Part shown: positions 14,219 to 25,162 of the stretch, one piece after another
Position numbering within the stretch: position 1 is the stretch's first letter
Layout: each line of letters starts with the position of its first letter
Source: an uncultured cyanobacterium
GTDB lineage: Bacteria; Cyanobacteriota; Cyanobacteriia; PCC-6307; Cyanobiaceae
Length of the DNA stretch: 64,000 bases
NCBI GenBank assembly: GCA_963765575.1
Contig: CAVXWZ010000011.1
Location: 352,001 to 416,000, forward strand
Direction of reading: 5' to 3'
The notes under the pieces: generated by a model
What the model was told of the DNA's origin: nothing
The model's database searches: none
The model's input: only the letters and a program-made list of their open reading frames with translations
Translations under genes and position numbers: made by a program

Positions 14219-14659
14219 ATGCAGCTGCTCGCCATCCATGGACCCAACCTCAACCTGCTGGGCAGCCGCGAACCGGCCCTCTACGGCAGCGCGACCCTGG
14301 AGCAGATCGATGCCCGGCTGCGCCGCCAGGCCGAGGCGCTGGGCGCCGCGATCGACTGCTTTCAGAGCAATCACGAGGGGGCCCTGGTGGACCGCATCCA
14401 GCAGGGCCGCGGGATGGTGGCGGGAATCCTGATCAATGCCGGCGCCTACACCCACACCTCGATCGCCATCCGCGATGCCCTGCTGGCGACGGCCATCCCC
14501 TATGTGGAGCTGCACCTGAGCAACACCCACGCCCGGGAGTCTTTCCGGCAGCGCTCGTTGCTGGCCGACCGGGCCCTGGGGGTGATCTGCGGCTTCGGCT
14601 CCCACAGCTACGGTCTTGCCCTTGAGGGCCTGGTGGCCCATCTGCGCGAGGGTTCGTGA
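14219..14659 (+). CDS. aroQ: Type II 3-dehydroquinate dehydratase
   Basis: [39 protein letters not shown]. Confidence 0.96.
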   Translation: MQLLAIHGPNLNLLGSREPALYGSATLEQIDARLRRQAEALGAAIDCFQSNHEGALVDRIQQGRGMVAGILINAGAYTHTSIAIRDALLATAIPYVELHLSNTHARESFRQRSLLADRALGVICGFGSHSYGLALEGLVAHLREGS

Positions 14660-15267
14660 GCGTTGCCGCAGCCGACACCGCCGCGGCCCGCATCCGCTGG
14701 CTGGCGGCGCCCAGTTCCCCAGCCTGGCTGGAGCAGGCCCTGGCCCAGCCCGAGCTGGTGCTGATCGACCACGCCCACTGCGAGCGCAAGGCGGCGGGGG
14801 CGGCCCTGCAGCTGATGTTCCGCTATCCCGGCGATGGCGACCTGGCGGCGGTGCTCAGTCCGCTGGCGCGGGAGGAGCTGCAGCACTTCGAGCGCGTGCT
14901 GGCCCTGTTGCAGCGGCGCGGCATCCCCCTGCGGCCCCTGGCGGCACCGCCCTACGGCAGCGAACTGGGTAAGGCGGTGCGGCGCCAGGAACCCGAGCGC
15001 ATGCTCGACACCTTCCTGGTGGCCGGCCTGATCGAGGCCCGCAGCCACGAGCGCATGGCCCTGCTGGCCGAGCATTCCCCCGATGCGGAATTGCGGCGGC
15101 TGTACGCCGACCTGCTCGCCAGTGAGGCCCGCCACTTCGGTCTCTACTGGCTGCTCTGCGAACGGCGCTGGCCCCGCCCTCTGATCAGCGAGCGCCTGCA
15201 GGCACTGGCCGCCGTGGAGGCCTCGCTGCTGGCCCGCCTGCACCCCGAGCCCCGCATGCACAGCTGA
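14656..15267 (+). CDS. miaE: tRNA-(ms2io6A) hydroxylase, ferritin-like di-iron
   Basis: [32 protein letters not shown]. Confidence 0.92.
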   Translation: MSVAAADTAAARIRWLAAPSSPAWLEQALAQPELVLIDHAHCERKAAGAALQLMFRYPGDGDLAAVLSPLAREELQHFERVLALLQRRGIPLRPLAAPPYGSELGKAVRRQEPERMLDTFLVAGLIEARSHERMALLAEHSPDAELRRLYADLLASEARHFGLYWLLCERRWPRPLISERLQALAAVEASLLARLHPEPRMHS

Positions 15268-15849
15268 TCAGGGGCTGGTGCGCTGCTCGTCGAGCAGCGG
15301 GTAGCTGGCGGCGATGGGATCGCCGCTGAAGTTCGCCACCCAGCCCTCGGGATTGCCGAAGAAGCGCAGTGCACAGAAGTGGGGCTGGGGCCCCATGTCG
15401 AACCAGTGGCGGGTGCCGGCCGGTACGGCGATCCAGTCGTCGGCTTCGCAGATCACCTGCAGCACCTCCGCGCCGATGTGCAGGCAGAAGAGGCCGCGTC
15501 CCTCCACGAAGAAGCGCACCTCGTCCTCGCTGTGGGTGTGCTCCGCCAGAAACTTTCTGCGCAGGGCCCGGCGATCGGGATGGTCGGGTGTGAGCCGGAT
15601 GGCGTCCACCGTGGGGTAGTCCCCCTGCCGCTGCACCTGGGTGATCTCCTCGGCGTAGGCGCTGAGGATCTGCTCCGCTGCGGCGCCCTCCGGCAGGGCG
15701 GTGCGGGCCGGCCAGCGTTGGAAACGGATGCCGCGGGCGGCCAGTTGTCGCTGGATCTCCTCGCCGTCGGCGGTGGCCAGCACGGGTGCGGCCGGCTCGC
15801 CGCTGACCGCTGGACTGGCAGGGTGCCGATAGATGGTGAGCGCACTCAT
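15268..15849 (-). CDS. mtnD: Acireductone dioxygenase
   Basis: FLAEHTHSEDEVRFFVEGRGLF...VPAGTRHWFDMG cupin motif. Confidence 0.94.
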   Translation of the reverse strand: MSALTIYRHPASPAVSGEPAAPVLATADGEEIQRQLAARGIRFQRWPARTALPEGAAAEQILSAYAEEITQVQRQGDYPTVDAIRLTPDHPDRRALRRKFLAEHTHSEDEVRFFVEGRGLFCLHIGAEVLQVICEADDWIAVPAGTRHWFDMGPQPHFCALRFFGNPEGWVANFSGDPIAASYPLLDEQRTSP

Positions 15850-15883
15850 GGCTGGCCCAGCGCCGATTCAGATCAGCGTAGGT

Positions 15884-16630
15884 ATGGCTCCGCCCGGCCT
15901 CACCCTGGTGGGGGTGGGGCCGGGCGATCCGGAGCTGCTGAGCGTGGCGGCGCTGCGGGCGATTCGGGCGGCGGCGGTGGTGGCCTACCCCGTGGCCCGC
16001 GAGGGCGCCGAGGGCATGGCCGCGGCGATCGCGGCGCCGTGGCTGGAGCCGGCTCAGCGCCGGCTGCCGCTGCTGTTCCCGATGGTGGCGGAGGCAGCCC
16101 CCCGCATCGCCGCCTGGCACGCGGCCGCCGATGCCCTGGCGGCGGAGGTGGCGGCCGGCTCGGCGGTGGTGCTGCTCTGTGAGGGCGACGTGTCGCTGTT
16201 CGCCAGCAGCAGCTACGTGCTGCTGGCCCTGCGCCAGCGCCATCCCGCCTGCCCCGTGCGGCTGGTGCCCGGGGTGCCGGCGGTGTGTGCGGCGGCGGCG
16301 GCCTCCGGTGCCGGCCTTCCCTGGCCCCTGGCGCTGCAGAGCGAGGCCCTGCTGATCCGTCCCACCCCGGACAGCGCGGCCGAGCTGGAGCCGCTGCTGG
16401 AGCGCGCCGCCAACGAGGCCACGGTGCTGGCCCTGCTCAAGCTGGGTCAGCGCTGGCGCTGGGTGCGGCCACTGCTGGGGCGGCGGGGGCTGCTGGCGGG
16501 GGCGCTGTTCGCCCAGCGGGTGGGCTGGCCCGATCAGCTGGTGACGGCGGCGGCGGCGGTGCCAGCCCAGGAGTGCCCCTACTTCTCCTTGTTGCTGATC
16601 CGCCAGGGCTGGCCGGCGGTGCTGCCGTGA
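15884..16630 (+). CDS. cobI: Precorrin-2 C20-methyltransferase
   Basis: LVGVGPGDPELL, LLFPM, LCEGDVSLF, VPGV tetrapyrrole methylase motifs. Confidence 0.85.
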   Translation: MAPPGLTLVGVGPGDPELLSVAALRAIRAAAVVAYPVAREGAEGMAAAIAAPWLEPAQRRLPLLFPMVAEAAPRIAAWHAAADALAAEVAAGSAVVLLCEGDVSLFASSSYVLLALRQRHPACPVRLVPGVPAVCAAAAASGAGLPWPLALQSEALLIRPTPDSAAELEPLLERAANEATVLALLKLGQRWRWVRPLLGRRGLLAGALFAQRVGWPDQLVTAAAAVPAQECPYFSLLLIRQGWPAVLP

Positions 16631-17665
16631 TCCAGCGCCTGCTCGAGCAGCGCCAGGGCCGCGGCGGGGGAGGGGGCCCGCATCAGGGCATGGCGCAGCT
16701 GGGGAGCGCCGGGGAAGCCGGTGCAGGTCCAGCCCATGTGCTTGCGGGCGATCAGCAGGCCGTGGTCGCCCCTGGCCGCCACCAGGGCCTGCAGCTGCTC
16801 GGCGGCCAGGGCCAGGCGCTGCGGCGGGCCGGGTGTGGGGGGGATCGGCCGGCCGCGCAGGGCCGCATCGATCTGGCCCACCAGCCAGGGGGCGCCCATG
16901 GTGCCGCGTCCCACCATCACGCCGTCGGCGCCGGTGCGCTGCAGGCAGCGGTGGGCGTCGCCGGGGCTGTTGATGTCGCCGTTGGCGATCACCGGAATGG
17001 CCAGGGCCCGCTTCACCGCCGCGATGGCGTCCCAGTCGGCGCGGCCCTTGAAGCCCTGCTCGCGGCTGCGGCCGTGCAGGGTGAGCAGCTGGGCACCGGC
17101 GTCCTCCAGCTGGCGGCACCAGGTCACGGCGGTGGTGGACAGCTCGGCGCCGCCGCACCAACTCAGACGGGTTTTCACGGTCACCGGAATCCGCACCGCC
17201 GCCGCCACCGTCTCCACGATCCGGGCCGCCAGGTCGGGGTCGCGGATCAGGCCGCTGCCGCCCCCCTTGCGGGCGATCTTCTTCACCGGGCAGCCCATGT
17301 TGATGTCGATCAGGAAGGCCCCGGCGGCCTCGGCGCGCCTGGCGGCATCGGCCATCGCCTGCGGCCGGTAGTCGAACAGCTGCACGCCGATCGGCCCGCT
17401 TTCCTCGCCCAGCTCCTCCACCTTCTGCAGGCCGTGGCCCAGCTCCAGGCTGGTGGCGTTCACCATCTCGGTGAACAGCAGCGCGTCGGTGGCCCAGCGC
17501 CGCACCAGGCCGCGGAAGATGCGATCGCTCACCCCGGCCAGGGGCGACTGCAGCACCCGGCTGTGCAGGGTGCGAGCAACCCCTCGACCGGGCAGGATGA
17601 GCGGCTCCGCCAGCGCGGGCGCCGACGGCCAGCGGCGGCAGGGACGGGGCGGGGGTGACGATCAT
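16579..17665 (-). CDS. dusB: tRNA dihydrouridine synthase B; probable frameshift near 17628
   Basis: QSPLAGVSD, IDINMGCPVKK, LHGRSR, IANGDI, VMVGRG. Confidence 0.92.
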
Positions 17666-17713
17666 GGTGACTCCATCCTCCCGTTCCCGCTCTCCCCTTG
17701 CGCCCCCTTGGCC

Positions 17714-18177
17714 GTGTCCGCAGCCCCCATCCCCTTCCCGCTCAGCCGCAGCCTGCTGGAGGCGGTGCTGGCCGACCGCACCAGCGACCGCTTCGTGTGT
17801 GAGCTGATCTGGCCCCGCCTCGGCTACGAGCTGGACGGCTCCGGCGCTGGTGTGCGGGTCCGGCCGCGGGCCCTGTCTGGCGGGAGTCGTTTGCGATCGA
17901 GCCCCAGTTCATCGCCCGGCGCCCCCCCAACGTGGCCCTCACCCGCGCCATCGCTCGCGAGCACAAGCAGCTGCTCAAGGAGCAGCTGGGCTTCGGTGGC
18001 TACCGCATCGGCGAGCTCTATCCGCGCCGCACCCGCCGGGCCACGGCGGTGAATTGGCTGCTGGCCGATCTGGCCCTGCGCGCCGAGCCCCTCCCCGACA
18101 CGGGCCCCCTGCCGGCGCTGCTCAGCGCGCCGGCCGATCCGGTGCGCGGCCATCCCGGCGATCTGCCGGTGACCTGA
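17714..18177 (+). CDS. Cyanobacterial DUF1823-like protein with a frameshift near 17845
   Basis: [20 protein letters not shown] in one frame; [15 protein letters not shown]...[31 protein letters not shown] in the next. Confidence 0.7.
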
Positions 18178-18257
18178 GGCGGCCGCGGCTGGCGGCTGCA
18201 ACGTTTGGATCCCGTCTCTGTAGGGTCAAGGGTCGAACCTTGATAGCGATCAACTCC

Positions 18258-19613
18258 TTGGCCCAGCCGGTCGTCGCCATCATCGGTCGCCCCAATGTGG
18301 GCAAATCCACCCTCGTGAACCGGCTCTGCCGCAGCCGTGAGGCGATCGTGCACGACCAGCCCGGCGTGACCCGCGACCGCACTTATCAGGAGGGTTTCTG
18401 GGGCGACCGCAGCTTCCGCGTGGTTGACACCGGCGGCCTGGTGTTCGATGACGACAGTGAATTTCTGCCGGAAATCCGCGAGCAGGCCAACCTGGCCCTG
18501 GCTGAGGCGGCGGTCGCCCTGGTGATCGTGGATGGCCAGCAGGGCTGCACCGCGGCCGATGAGGCGATCGCCACTTGGCTGCGCAGCCAGGCGGTGCCGG
18601 TGCTGCTGGCGGTGAACAAGTGCGAGTCGCCCGAGAAGGGGCTGGCCCTGGCGGCGGACTTCTGGGGGTTGGGGCTCGGGGAACCCCATCCGATCTCGGC
18701 AATCCACGGCGCCGGCACCGGCGACCTGCTCGACAAGGTGCTGGGCTTTCTGCCCCCCGGTGGGGAGGAGGAGGTCGAGGAGCCGATCCAAATGGCGATC
18801 GTGGGACGCCCCAATGTGGGCAAATCGAGCCTGCTCAATGCCATCTGCGGTGAGAATCGGGCGATTGTGAGCCCGATCCGCGGCACCACCCGCGACACGA
18901 TCGACACCACCATCGACCGCGAGGGTCACACCTGGAAGATCCTCGACACGGCCGGCATTCGCCGCAAGCGCTCGGTGAGCTACGGCCCGGAGTACTTCGG
19001 CATCAACCGCAGCTTCAAGGCCATCGAGCGCAGCGATGTGTGCGTGCTGGTGATCGATGCCCTCGATGGTGTCACCGAGCAGGATCAGCGCCTCGCCGGC
19101 CGCATCGAGGAGGACGGCCGCGCCTGCGTGGTGGTGGTGAACAAGTGGGACGCCATCGAGAAGGACAGCCACACCATGGCGGCGATGGAAAAGGAACTCC
19201 GCGCCAAGCTCTACTTCCTCGACTGGGCGGGGATGCTGTTCACCTCCGCCCTCACCGGCCAGCGGGTGCAGAGCGTCTTCGCCCTGGCGCTGCTGGCGGT
19301 GGAGCAGCACCGCCGGCGGGTCACCACCTCGGTGGTGAACGAGGTGCTCACTGAAGCGCTCAGCTGGCGCACCCCTCCCACCAGCCGCGGTGGCCGCGCC
19401 GGCCGCCTCTATTACGGCACCCAGGTGGCCACCCGGCCACCCAGCTTCACCCTGTTCATCAACGACCCCAAGCTGTTCGGCGAGACCTACCGCCGCTACA
19501 TCGAGCGCCAGATCCGCGAGGGCCTGGGCTTTGAGGGCACCCCGATCCGCCTGTTCTGGCGCGGCAAGCAGCAGCGCGAAGCCGAGCGGGATCTGGACCG
19601 GGTCAAGCACTGA
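18258..19613 (+). CDS. der: Ribosome biogenesis GTPase Der/EngA
   Basis: Two tandem GRPNVGKS P-loops, DTGG/DTAG, NKCE/NKWD, KH-like C-terminus. Confidence 0.97.
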   Translation: MAQPVVAIIGRPNVGKSTLVNRLCRSREAIVHDQPGVTRDRTYQEGFWGDRSFRVVDTGGLVFDDDSEFLPEIREQANLALAEAAVALVIVDGQQGCTAADEAIATWLRSQAVPVLLAVNKCESPEKGLALAADFWGLGLGEPHPISAIHGAGTGDLLDKVLGFLPPGGEEEVEEPIQMAIVGRPNVGKSSLLNAICGENRAIVSPIRGTTRDTIDTTIDREGHTWKILDTAGIRRKRSVSYGPEYFGINRSFKAIERSDVCVLVIDALDGVTEQDQRLAGRIEEDGRACVVVVNKWDAIEKDSHTMAAMEKELRAKLYFLDWAGMLFTSALTGQRVQSVFALALLAVEQHRRRVTTSVVNEVLTEALSWRTPPTSRGGRAGRLYYGTQVATRPPSFTLFINDPKLFGETYRRYIERQIREGLGFEGTPIRLFWRGKQQREAERDLDRVKH

Positions 19614-20576
19614 TTGGATTTCCTGCGCCAGCTGCCGATCGGCCAGTACGTCGCCGAGGAACCCGATGCCTCCGGCGCCCGGCGCGATGGCAGCTGGCTG
19701 CGGCGTCTCGATGCCCGCCTCAAGCTGGCCTGGACCGTGGCCTTCCTGGTCACCCCCATCCTGGCCGGGCCGATCTGGCGCCTGGCCCTGGTGGGGGTGC
19801 TGCTGTTGATCACCGCCTGCAGCGGCCTGCCCTGGCGGCTATGGCGCCGCAGCCTGCCGCTGCTGCTGGCCCTGGCGCTGCTGGTGGGGGGGCTCGCCAC
19901 GGTGCTGCCGTCCGGGGCGGTGCCGCCGGCACCCCTGCAGCGGCCGCCGGCCGAGGTGCGGCTGCAGCCCGGTGCGCCGCTGCAGCCCGCGGCGGAGCGC
20001 AGCGGCAAGGCCTGGGAGCTGGTGCGCTGGGGCCCACTGCAGCTGGGGCCCGTGTCCCTGGGCCCGCTGGTGGTCAACCGCCGCTCGGCCCGGCTGGGTC
20101 TGAATGGCTCCACCCTGCTGTTCACCCTGGTGCACAGCGCCAACCTGATGCTGCTCACCACCCGCCCGGAGGAGTTGGTATGGGCGATCAGCTGGCTGCT
20201 GACGCCCCTGGCGCGCCTGGGTTGGCCGATGCAGCGCCTCGGTTTCACCCTGTTGCTGGCGCTGCGGTTCCTGCCCCTGGTGCAGGAGGAATTGCAGAAT
20301 CTGCTGCGCTCGGTGGCCACGCGGGCGGTGAATCTGCGCCAACTGGGCTGGCGGCCGTCCCTGGGACTGGTGCTGGCGGTGGGCGAGCGGCTGCTGGCCA
20401 ACCTGCTGCTGCGCTCGGAGCAGGGGGCCGAAGCCCTGCTGGCCCGCGGTGGCCGGTGGCTGCCGCCGGAGCAGTTGCACCGCCGGGAACCGCCGCGGCC
20501 CTGGCTCAACCTGGCGGCCCTGCTGGGTCTGATCGGCCTGCTGGGGCTGCGTTGGAGTGTTGGAGGTCCGCGGTGA
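19614..20576 (+). CDS. ECF transporter T component (CbiQ/Ycf92 family)
   Basis: MDFLRQLPIGQY, LDARLKL, hydrophobic helices, LALRFLPLVQEE. Confidence 0.85.
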   Translation: MDFLRQLPIGQYVAEEPDASGARRDGSWLRRLDARLKLAWTVAFLVTPILAGPIWRLALVGVLLLITACSGLPWRLWRRSLPLLLALALLVGGLATVLPSGAVPPAPLQRPPAEVRLQPGAPLQPAAERSGKAWELVRWGPLQLGPVSLGPLVVNRRSARLGLNGSTLLFTLVHSANLMLLTTRPEELVWAISWLLTPLARLGWPMQRLGFTLLLALRFLPLVQEELQNLLRSVATRAVNLRQLGWRPSLGLVLAVGERLLANLLLRSEQGAEALLARGGRWLPPEQLHRREPPRPWLNLAALLGLIGLLGLRWSVGGPR

Positions 20577-20606
20577 ACTTAAATACCTCGCAGTGCTGAT
20601 GGCTGA

Positions 20607-20873
20607 GTGACCTCCGAGCGCTACCTCAACCACCCCACCTTCGGGATGCTCTATCGCGTGGCGCCGGTGGCTGACGGGCGAGATCTCTATGCCACCCTCT
20701 ACGCCCAGCGCATCTTCTTTCTGGTGGCGTTGCAGCCCCGGGGCGCCAGTTTTGAGGTGGTGCCGCTGATGGATGCGCGCCACTACGCCGAACAGAACCT
20801 GGCCCGCTCCCGCCGCGACCGTTCCTCGGCCCATCCCTACTGGCGCCAACTGTTTGACCAGACCTTCATCTGA
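20607..20873 (+). CDS. pipX: PII/NtcA-interacting protein PipX
   Basis: ERYLNHPTFGMLY...YATLYAQRIFFLV. Confidence 0.95.
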   Translation: MTSERYLNHPTFGMLYRVAPVADGRDLYATLYAQRIFFLVALQPRGASFEVVPLMDARHYAEQNLARSRRDRSSAHPYWRQLFDQTFI

Positions 20874-20892
20874 GCCGCCACCCGACGCGCCC

Positions 20893-21564
20893 GCTGAGCC
20901 GTTGCCCATCGACGCCGCTGGCCTGAAGCAGCGGCTCCAGGACCTGCTCCAGGACCTGCCGGCCAGCACCCGGCTGCTGGCCGTGAGCAAGGGCCAGCCG
21001 GCGGCCCTGCTGCGGGAGGCGGTGGCGGCGGGCCAGCGCTGCTTTGGCGAGAGCCGCCTGCAGGAGGCGGTGGCCAAGCAGGCCGAGCTGGCCGACCTCG
21101 AACCCCTGGACTGGCATTTCATCGGCCGCCTCCAGGCCAACAAGGCCCGCGGCGTGCTGCGCCACTTCGGCACGATCCACTCGCTGGACAGCCTGGCCCT
21201 GGCCCGCCGCCTGGCCCGCATTGCCGCTGAGGAGGGCCTCAGCCCGGCGGTGCTGTTCCAGGTGAAGCTGCGTCCTGACCCGGCCAAGGCGGGGTTTGAA
21301 CCCCAGGAGCTGCGGCAGTGCCGGTCCCAGTGGGCCGACCTCAAGCCGCTGCGCCCCGTGGGCCTGATGACCATCCCCCCGCTGGGGCTCGATGCCCCCC
21401 AGCGGCTGGCCCTGTTTCGGGAGTGTGCCGCCCTGGCCGCCGAGCTGGATCTGGCCGAACTGTCGATGGGGATGAGCGGCGACTGGCGTGAGGCCGCCGC
21501 CGCCGGCAGCACCTGGGTGCGGATCGGCACGGCCCTCTTCGGTGCCCGTCCGCAGCGCGTCTGA
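20893..21564 (+). CDS. pipY: PLP homeostasis protein YggS/PipY (start uncertain)
   Basis: [50 protein letters not shown]. Confidence 0.92.
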   Translation, partial: AEPLPIDAAGLKQRLQDLLQDLPASTRLLAVSKGQPAALLREAVAAGQRCFGESRLQEAVAKQAELADLEPLDWHFIGRLQANKARGVLRHFGTIHSLDSLALARRLARIAAEEGLSPAVLFQVKLRPDPAKAGFEPQELRQCRSQWADLKPLRPVGLMTIPPLGLDAPQRLALFRECAALAAELDLAELSMGMSGDWREAAAAGSTWVRIGTALFGARPQRV

Positions 21565-21656
21565 GGGCCTGGCCAGGGCCAAGAATCGCTTCTCTGGCTT
21601 GCGATCTGCTCCTTGAGGCGCTATTCAGGTCGAAAGCTTCCCGAGAGGTTTGCTCC

Positions 21657-22211
21657 GTGTCGTTGTTCTCCCGCCTCCGTTCCGTCGTCTCCGGAGACGA
21701 CTATCTCGAAGGCGACTATGACGATGAACTCGATTACGACGGTGGCGACGACCCCGAGCCAGCCCCTGCCAGCATCAGTCGCTCCAATGCCCTCGCTTTG
21801 AGCAGCGATTTCAGCACCGACGACCCCTTCGCCGGCACCAACGTGATCGGCATGCCGGGCATCTCCACGGCGGCCGCTGAGGTCACGCTGATGGAGCCCC
21901 GCAGTTTCGATGAGATGCCCCGGGCGATCCAGGCGCTGCGCGAGCGCAAGACCGTGATCCTCAACCTCACGATGATGGAGCCCGATCAGGCCCAGCGGGC
22001 TGTGGATTTCGTGGCTGGTGGCACCTTCGCCATCGATGGCCACCAGGAGCGGGTGGGTGAGAGCATCTTCCTGTTCGCCCCCAGCTGTGTCACCGTCACC
22101 ACCGCCGGTGGCGAGGAGGCCGCGTCCTCCAGCGTCGTGAGCCGTGAGCCGCTCCATGAGCAGGACGCCGCCCCCAGTCCCGCCTGGGGCCGTGAAGGCA
22201 GCGCCCTCTGA
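21657..22211 (+). CDS. sepF: Cell division protein SepF
   Basis: EPRSFDE...VILNL...[11 protein letters not shown]...IFLFAP. Confidence 0.95.
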   Translation: MSLFSRLRSVVSGDDYLEGDYDDELDYDGGDDPEPAPASISRSNALALSSDFSTDDPFAGTNVIGMPGISTAAAEVTLMEPRSFDEMPRAIQALRERKTVILNLTMMEPDQAQRAVDFVAGGTFAIDGHQERVGESIFLFAPSCVTVTTAGGEEAASSSVVSREPLHEQDAAPSPAWGREGSAL

Positions 22212-22255
22212 AACCGGCCTCGACCTCGCCGCTGACGGCGGCTGATGGGCCTGGG

Positions 22256-23050
22256 ATGAAACCCTCGACGTTTGGGGTGGTGGGTCTCGGCCGCATGGCT
22301 GAGGCCCTGCTGGTCCCGCTGCTGGAATGCGGTCTCGTGCAGCCGGCCGAGGTGCGGGCCGCCGTGGCCAGCAGCGCCTCAGCGGAGCGGCTCAGCCGCA
22401 GCCTGCAGCTCGCCGTGGGCACCGATGCCGGCCCCGCCTGGATGGCGCCTGTGGTGCTGTTGGCGGTGAAGCCCCAACAGCTGGCGGCGGCGGCGGCGGC
22501 GGTGCCGGCTGGGGCCGGCGGGCTGCTGATCTCGGTGCTGGCGGGCGTCAGCGTGGAGCGGCTGCAGCGGCTGTTCCCCGCCTGGCGCTGTGTGCGGGCC
22601 GTGCCCAACACCCCCGCCCTGGTGCGTCAGGGCCTCACCGGCCTGGCCTGGGGGGCCGGCGTGGACGCTGGACAGCGCCAGTGGGTGCTGGGGCTGTTCA
22701 GCCAGGTGGGGGAGGTGCTGGAGCTGCCGGAAAGCCAGCTCGATGCCTTCCTGGCGCTCACCTCCTCAGGGCCGGCCTTTGTGGCCCTGGTGGCCGAGGC
22801 CCTCGCCGATGGCGCCGTGGCCGCCGGCCTGCCCCGGGCCCGCGCCCGCCATCTGGCCCAGCGCACGCTGGCGGGCACCGCGGCCCTGCTGGAGCAGCAG
22901 GATCTCCATCCCGCCGAACTCAAGGACATGGTGAGCTCGCCCGCCGGCACCACCATCGCCGGCCTGCGGGCCCTGGAGCGGGGGGGGCTGCGTTCCAGCC
23001 TGATCGAGGCGGTGCTGGCGGCCGCTGAGCGCAGCCGCCAGCTGGCCTGA
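22256..23050 (+). CDS. proC: Pyrroline-5-carboxylate reductase
   Basis: GLGRMA, LAVKPQ, RAVPNTP, SGPAF, LKDMVSSPAGTT. Confidence 0.95.
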   Translation: MKPSTFGVVGLGRMAEALLVPLLECGLVQPAEVRAAVASSASAERLSRSLQLAVGTDAGPAWMAPVVLLAVKPQQLAAAAAAVPAGAGGLLISVLAGVSVERLQRLFPAWRCVRAVPNTPALVRQGLTGLAWGAGVDAGQRQWVLGLFSQVGEVLELPESQLDAFLALTSSGPAFVALVAEALADGAVAAGLPRARARHLAQRTLAGTAALLEQQDLHPAELKDMVSSPAGTTIAGLRALERGGLRSSLIEAVLAAAERSRQLA

Positions 23051-23060
23051 ATGCCCGCGC

Positions 23061-23714
23061 TCAGGGCGTCTGGTCTGGGTTGCGGGGGGCCGCACCCAGG
23101 CGCGGTTCCTGGCCGCTCAGCAGCCTGGCCAGGTTGCCGCGGTGGCGCCAGATCACCAGCACGCTGGTGACCAGAGCCAGCACCAGGTAGGGCCAGCGCA
23201 GGCCCATGCCCTGGTCCAGGAACCAGGCCAGCATCAGCAGCGGCAGGGCCACGGCGGCCAGCACGCTGGAGAGGGACACGATCCGGGTGGTGGCCAGCAC
23301 CGTGAGGAACACCCCCAGGCAGGCCAGACCCACGGGCCAGGACAGCCCCAGCAGCATGCCCAGGGCCGTGGCGACGGCCTTGCCGCCCCGCCAGCCCAGC
23401 CACAGCGGCCAGATGTGGCCCGCCAGCGCCGCCCCACCGCTGGCCACCACCCAGCTGTCGGTGCCGGCGAGGCTGGGATCGAGCAGGGTGCTGGCCAGCA
23501 GCACCGCCGCCGTGCCCTTGAACACATCCACCAGCAGCACCGCCAGGGCCGGACCCTTGCCCACCACCCGCAGCACGTTGGTGGCGCCGGTGGAGCCCGA
23601 CCCCTCCTGGCGGATGTCGATGTGCTTCAGCCAGCGGCCGGCCAGGTAGCCGCTGGGGATCGAGCCGAGCAGGTAGCCGGCGAACAGCAGCGGCAGGGCA
23701 AGGGGGGGGGACAT
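23061..23714 (-). CDS. plsY: Glycerol-3-phosphate acyltransferase
   Basis: YLLGSIP, DIRQEGSGSTGATNVLR, GHIWP...GGKAVAT, HRGNLARL. Confidence 0.95.
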   Translation of the reverse strand: MSPPLALPLLFAGYLLGSIPSGYLAGRWLKHIDIRQEGSGSTGATNVLRVVGKGPALAVLLVDVFKGTAAVLLASTLLDPSLAGTDSWVVASGGAALAGHIWPLWLGWRGGKAVATALGMLLGLSWPVGLACLGVFLTVLATTRIVSLSSVLAAVALPLLMLAWFLDQGMGLRWPYLVLALVTSVLVIWRHRGNLARLLSGQEPRLGAAPRNPDQTP

Positions 23715-23763
23715 CGGATCGGCGGCGGCGGCCGGCAGAGGACGGTGGGCTCAGCGGGCCGGC

Positions 23764-24732
23764 TCAGTAGTACTCCTCCTCGCGCATCAGCTCGTCCTGG
23801 CCGGGGGCGAAGGCGAGCCAGAGGGGGAACTGCAACACGGCAATCTCCACCCCCGGCTCGGCCGCATCGATGACGATGAAGGGCAGTTCGCCCCGCTCCT
23901 CCAGCCGGTCGGCTCGCTCGATCAGCGCTTCCGGCCGCTCAAGCAGCACGATGCCGCTGCTGGGGCCGAAGTCCTCCCGGTCCAGGCCCAGGCAGTCCTG
24001 GAGGCTGCGCCGCCATTCCCCCAGCCGTTCGGGCTGGCTGGCCAGCACCAGGGTCTGGAAGCGGTCGCCGTAGAGCTCGCCGAGGATGGCGATCACGGCC
24101 GCCGTCACCAGACCGTTGCGGCTGCGGCTGCCGCCGCTGGGCTGGGCGCCGCGGCCGGCCTGCTCCAGGAACCAGTTTTCCAGCGCGGCGGCACCGGGGC
24201 CCTCCAGGGTGCGGCGCAGTTTCCAGGGTTCGGCGTAGAAGTCGGGCTGGCCCTGGAATGCCGTCAGCCGGCTGCGGATCAGCTCGGCGTCGCCGGCGAA
24301 GGGACCACCAGCGGCCCCCGCCGCCAGGGTGGGGCCGCTGGCCACCGCGGCAGCCTCCTCCTGGGCCGCGGTATCGATCGGCGAGGGCTGCACCAGCAGT
24401 GGTTGGGGCACCAGCTCGATCTGCTCGGCCGCCACGGCCAGGTCCTGCAGGGCCCCCACCAGGTAGTCCTGGAAGCCCTTGAGCCGCCGCGCCACCGCAT
24501 CGGCCTGGCCGGCGTAGCTGCTGGCGATCTCCTGGGCGATCGTCTGGCGGCGGCTCTCCAGCTGGGCAATCTCGGCCTCCAGTTCGCTCCGCCGCTGGCA
24601 CAGCTCACGCAGGGCCAGCTCCTGCCAGGCGGCGGGGGCAGCCGCTGCCGGGGTGGGCTGGGTCGGCGGGGCCCCGGTTGGCGGGGTGGGGTTGGTGGGC
24701 TCGTCGGGCATGGACCGTTCAGGCGACGTCAT
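23764..24732 (-). CDS. Cyanobacterial coiled-coil protein (DUF3086-like)
   Basis: Coiled coil, GFQDYLVGALQDL, LQFPLWLAF; position next to plsY. Confidence 0.75.
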   Translation of the reverse strand: MTSPERSMPDEPTNPTPPTGAPPTQPTPAAAAPAAWQELALRELCQRRSELEAEIAQLESRRQTIAQEIASSYAGQADAVARRLKGFQDYLVGALQDLAVAAEQIELVPQPLLVQPSPIDTAAQEEAAAVASGPTLAAGAAGGPFAGDAELIRSRLTAFQGQPDFYAEPWKLRRTLEGPGAAALENWFLEQAGRGAQPSGGSRSRNGLVTAAVIAILGELYGDRFQTLVLASQPERLGEWRRSLQDCLGLDREDFGPSSGIVLLERPEALIERADRLEERGELPFIVIDAAEPGVEIAVLQFPLWLAFAPGQDELMREEEYY

Positions 24733-25156
24733 CGGGGCTTGCGGAGCCGGACTCGGCGGCCTCCAGCTGGGGCAGACGGCCCTGCAGCTGCTGCCGCAGG
24801 GCGGTGGCATCGAACAGCACGGGCAGCAGGTGGATGCTCTGACGCTCCCTGAAATAGAACAGCGCCGGCAGGGCCGGCCAGAACAGCCGCCAGCCCAGCC
24901 AGGCGTCGTAGGGGAAACGGCGCAGCTGGGTGCCGCCGCGGCGCACCAGCAGCGCCTCGCCGTTGAACTCCAGCCGCAGCAAGGCTGTCTGCAGCACCAG
25001 GAACAGCCCGAAGAGGGCCACCACCAGGGCCAGCCAGAGCGCCCCAGACCACAGCGGCAGCAGCGCCAGGCAGGCCAGGCCGAGGCCCACAACGGCCACG
25101 GCAACGCCGAAGTGGGGGCTCAGGACCACCGGTTGGGGAGCGTCAGACGGGGGCAT
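24719..25156 (-). CDS. DUF3119-like membrane protein
   Basis: Two TM helices then LFYFRERQSIHLLPVLFD. Confidence 0.75.
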   Translation of the reverse strand: MPPSDAPQPVVLSPHFGVAVAVVGLGLACLALLPLWSGALWLALVVALFGLFLVLQTALLRLEFNGEALLVRRGGTQLRRFPYDAWLGWRLFWPALPALFYFRERQSIHLLPVLFDATALRQQLQGRLPQLEAAESGSASPDDVA

Positions 25157-25162
25157 CGGGAT

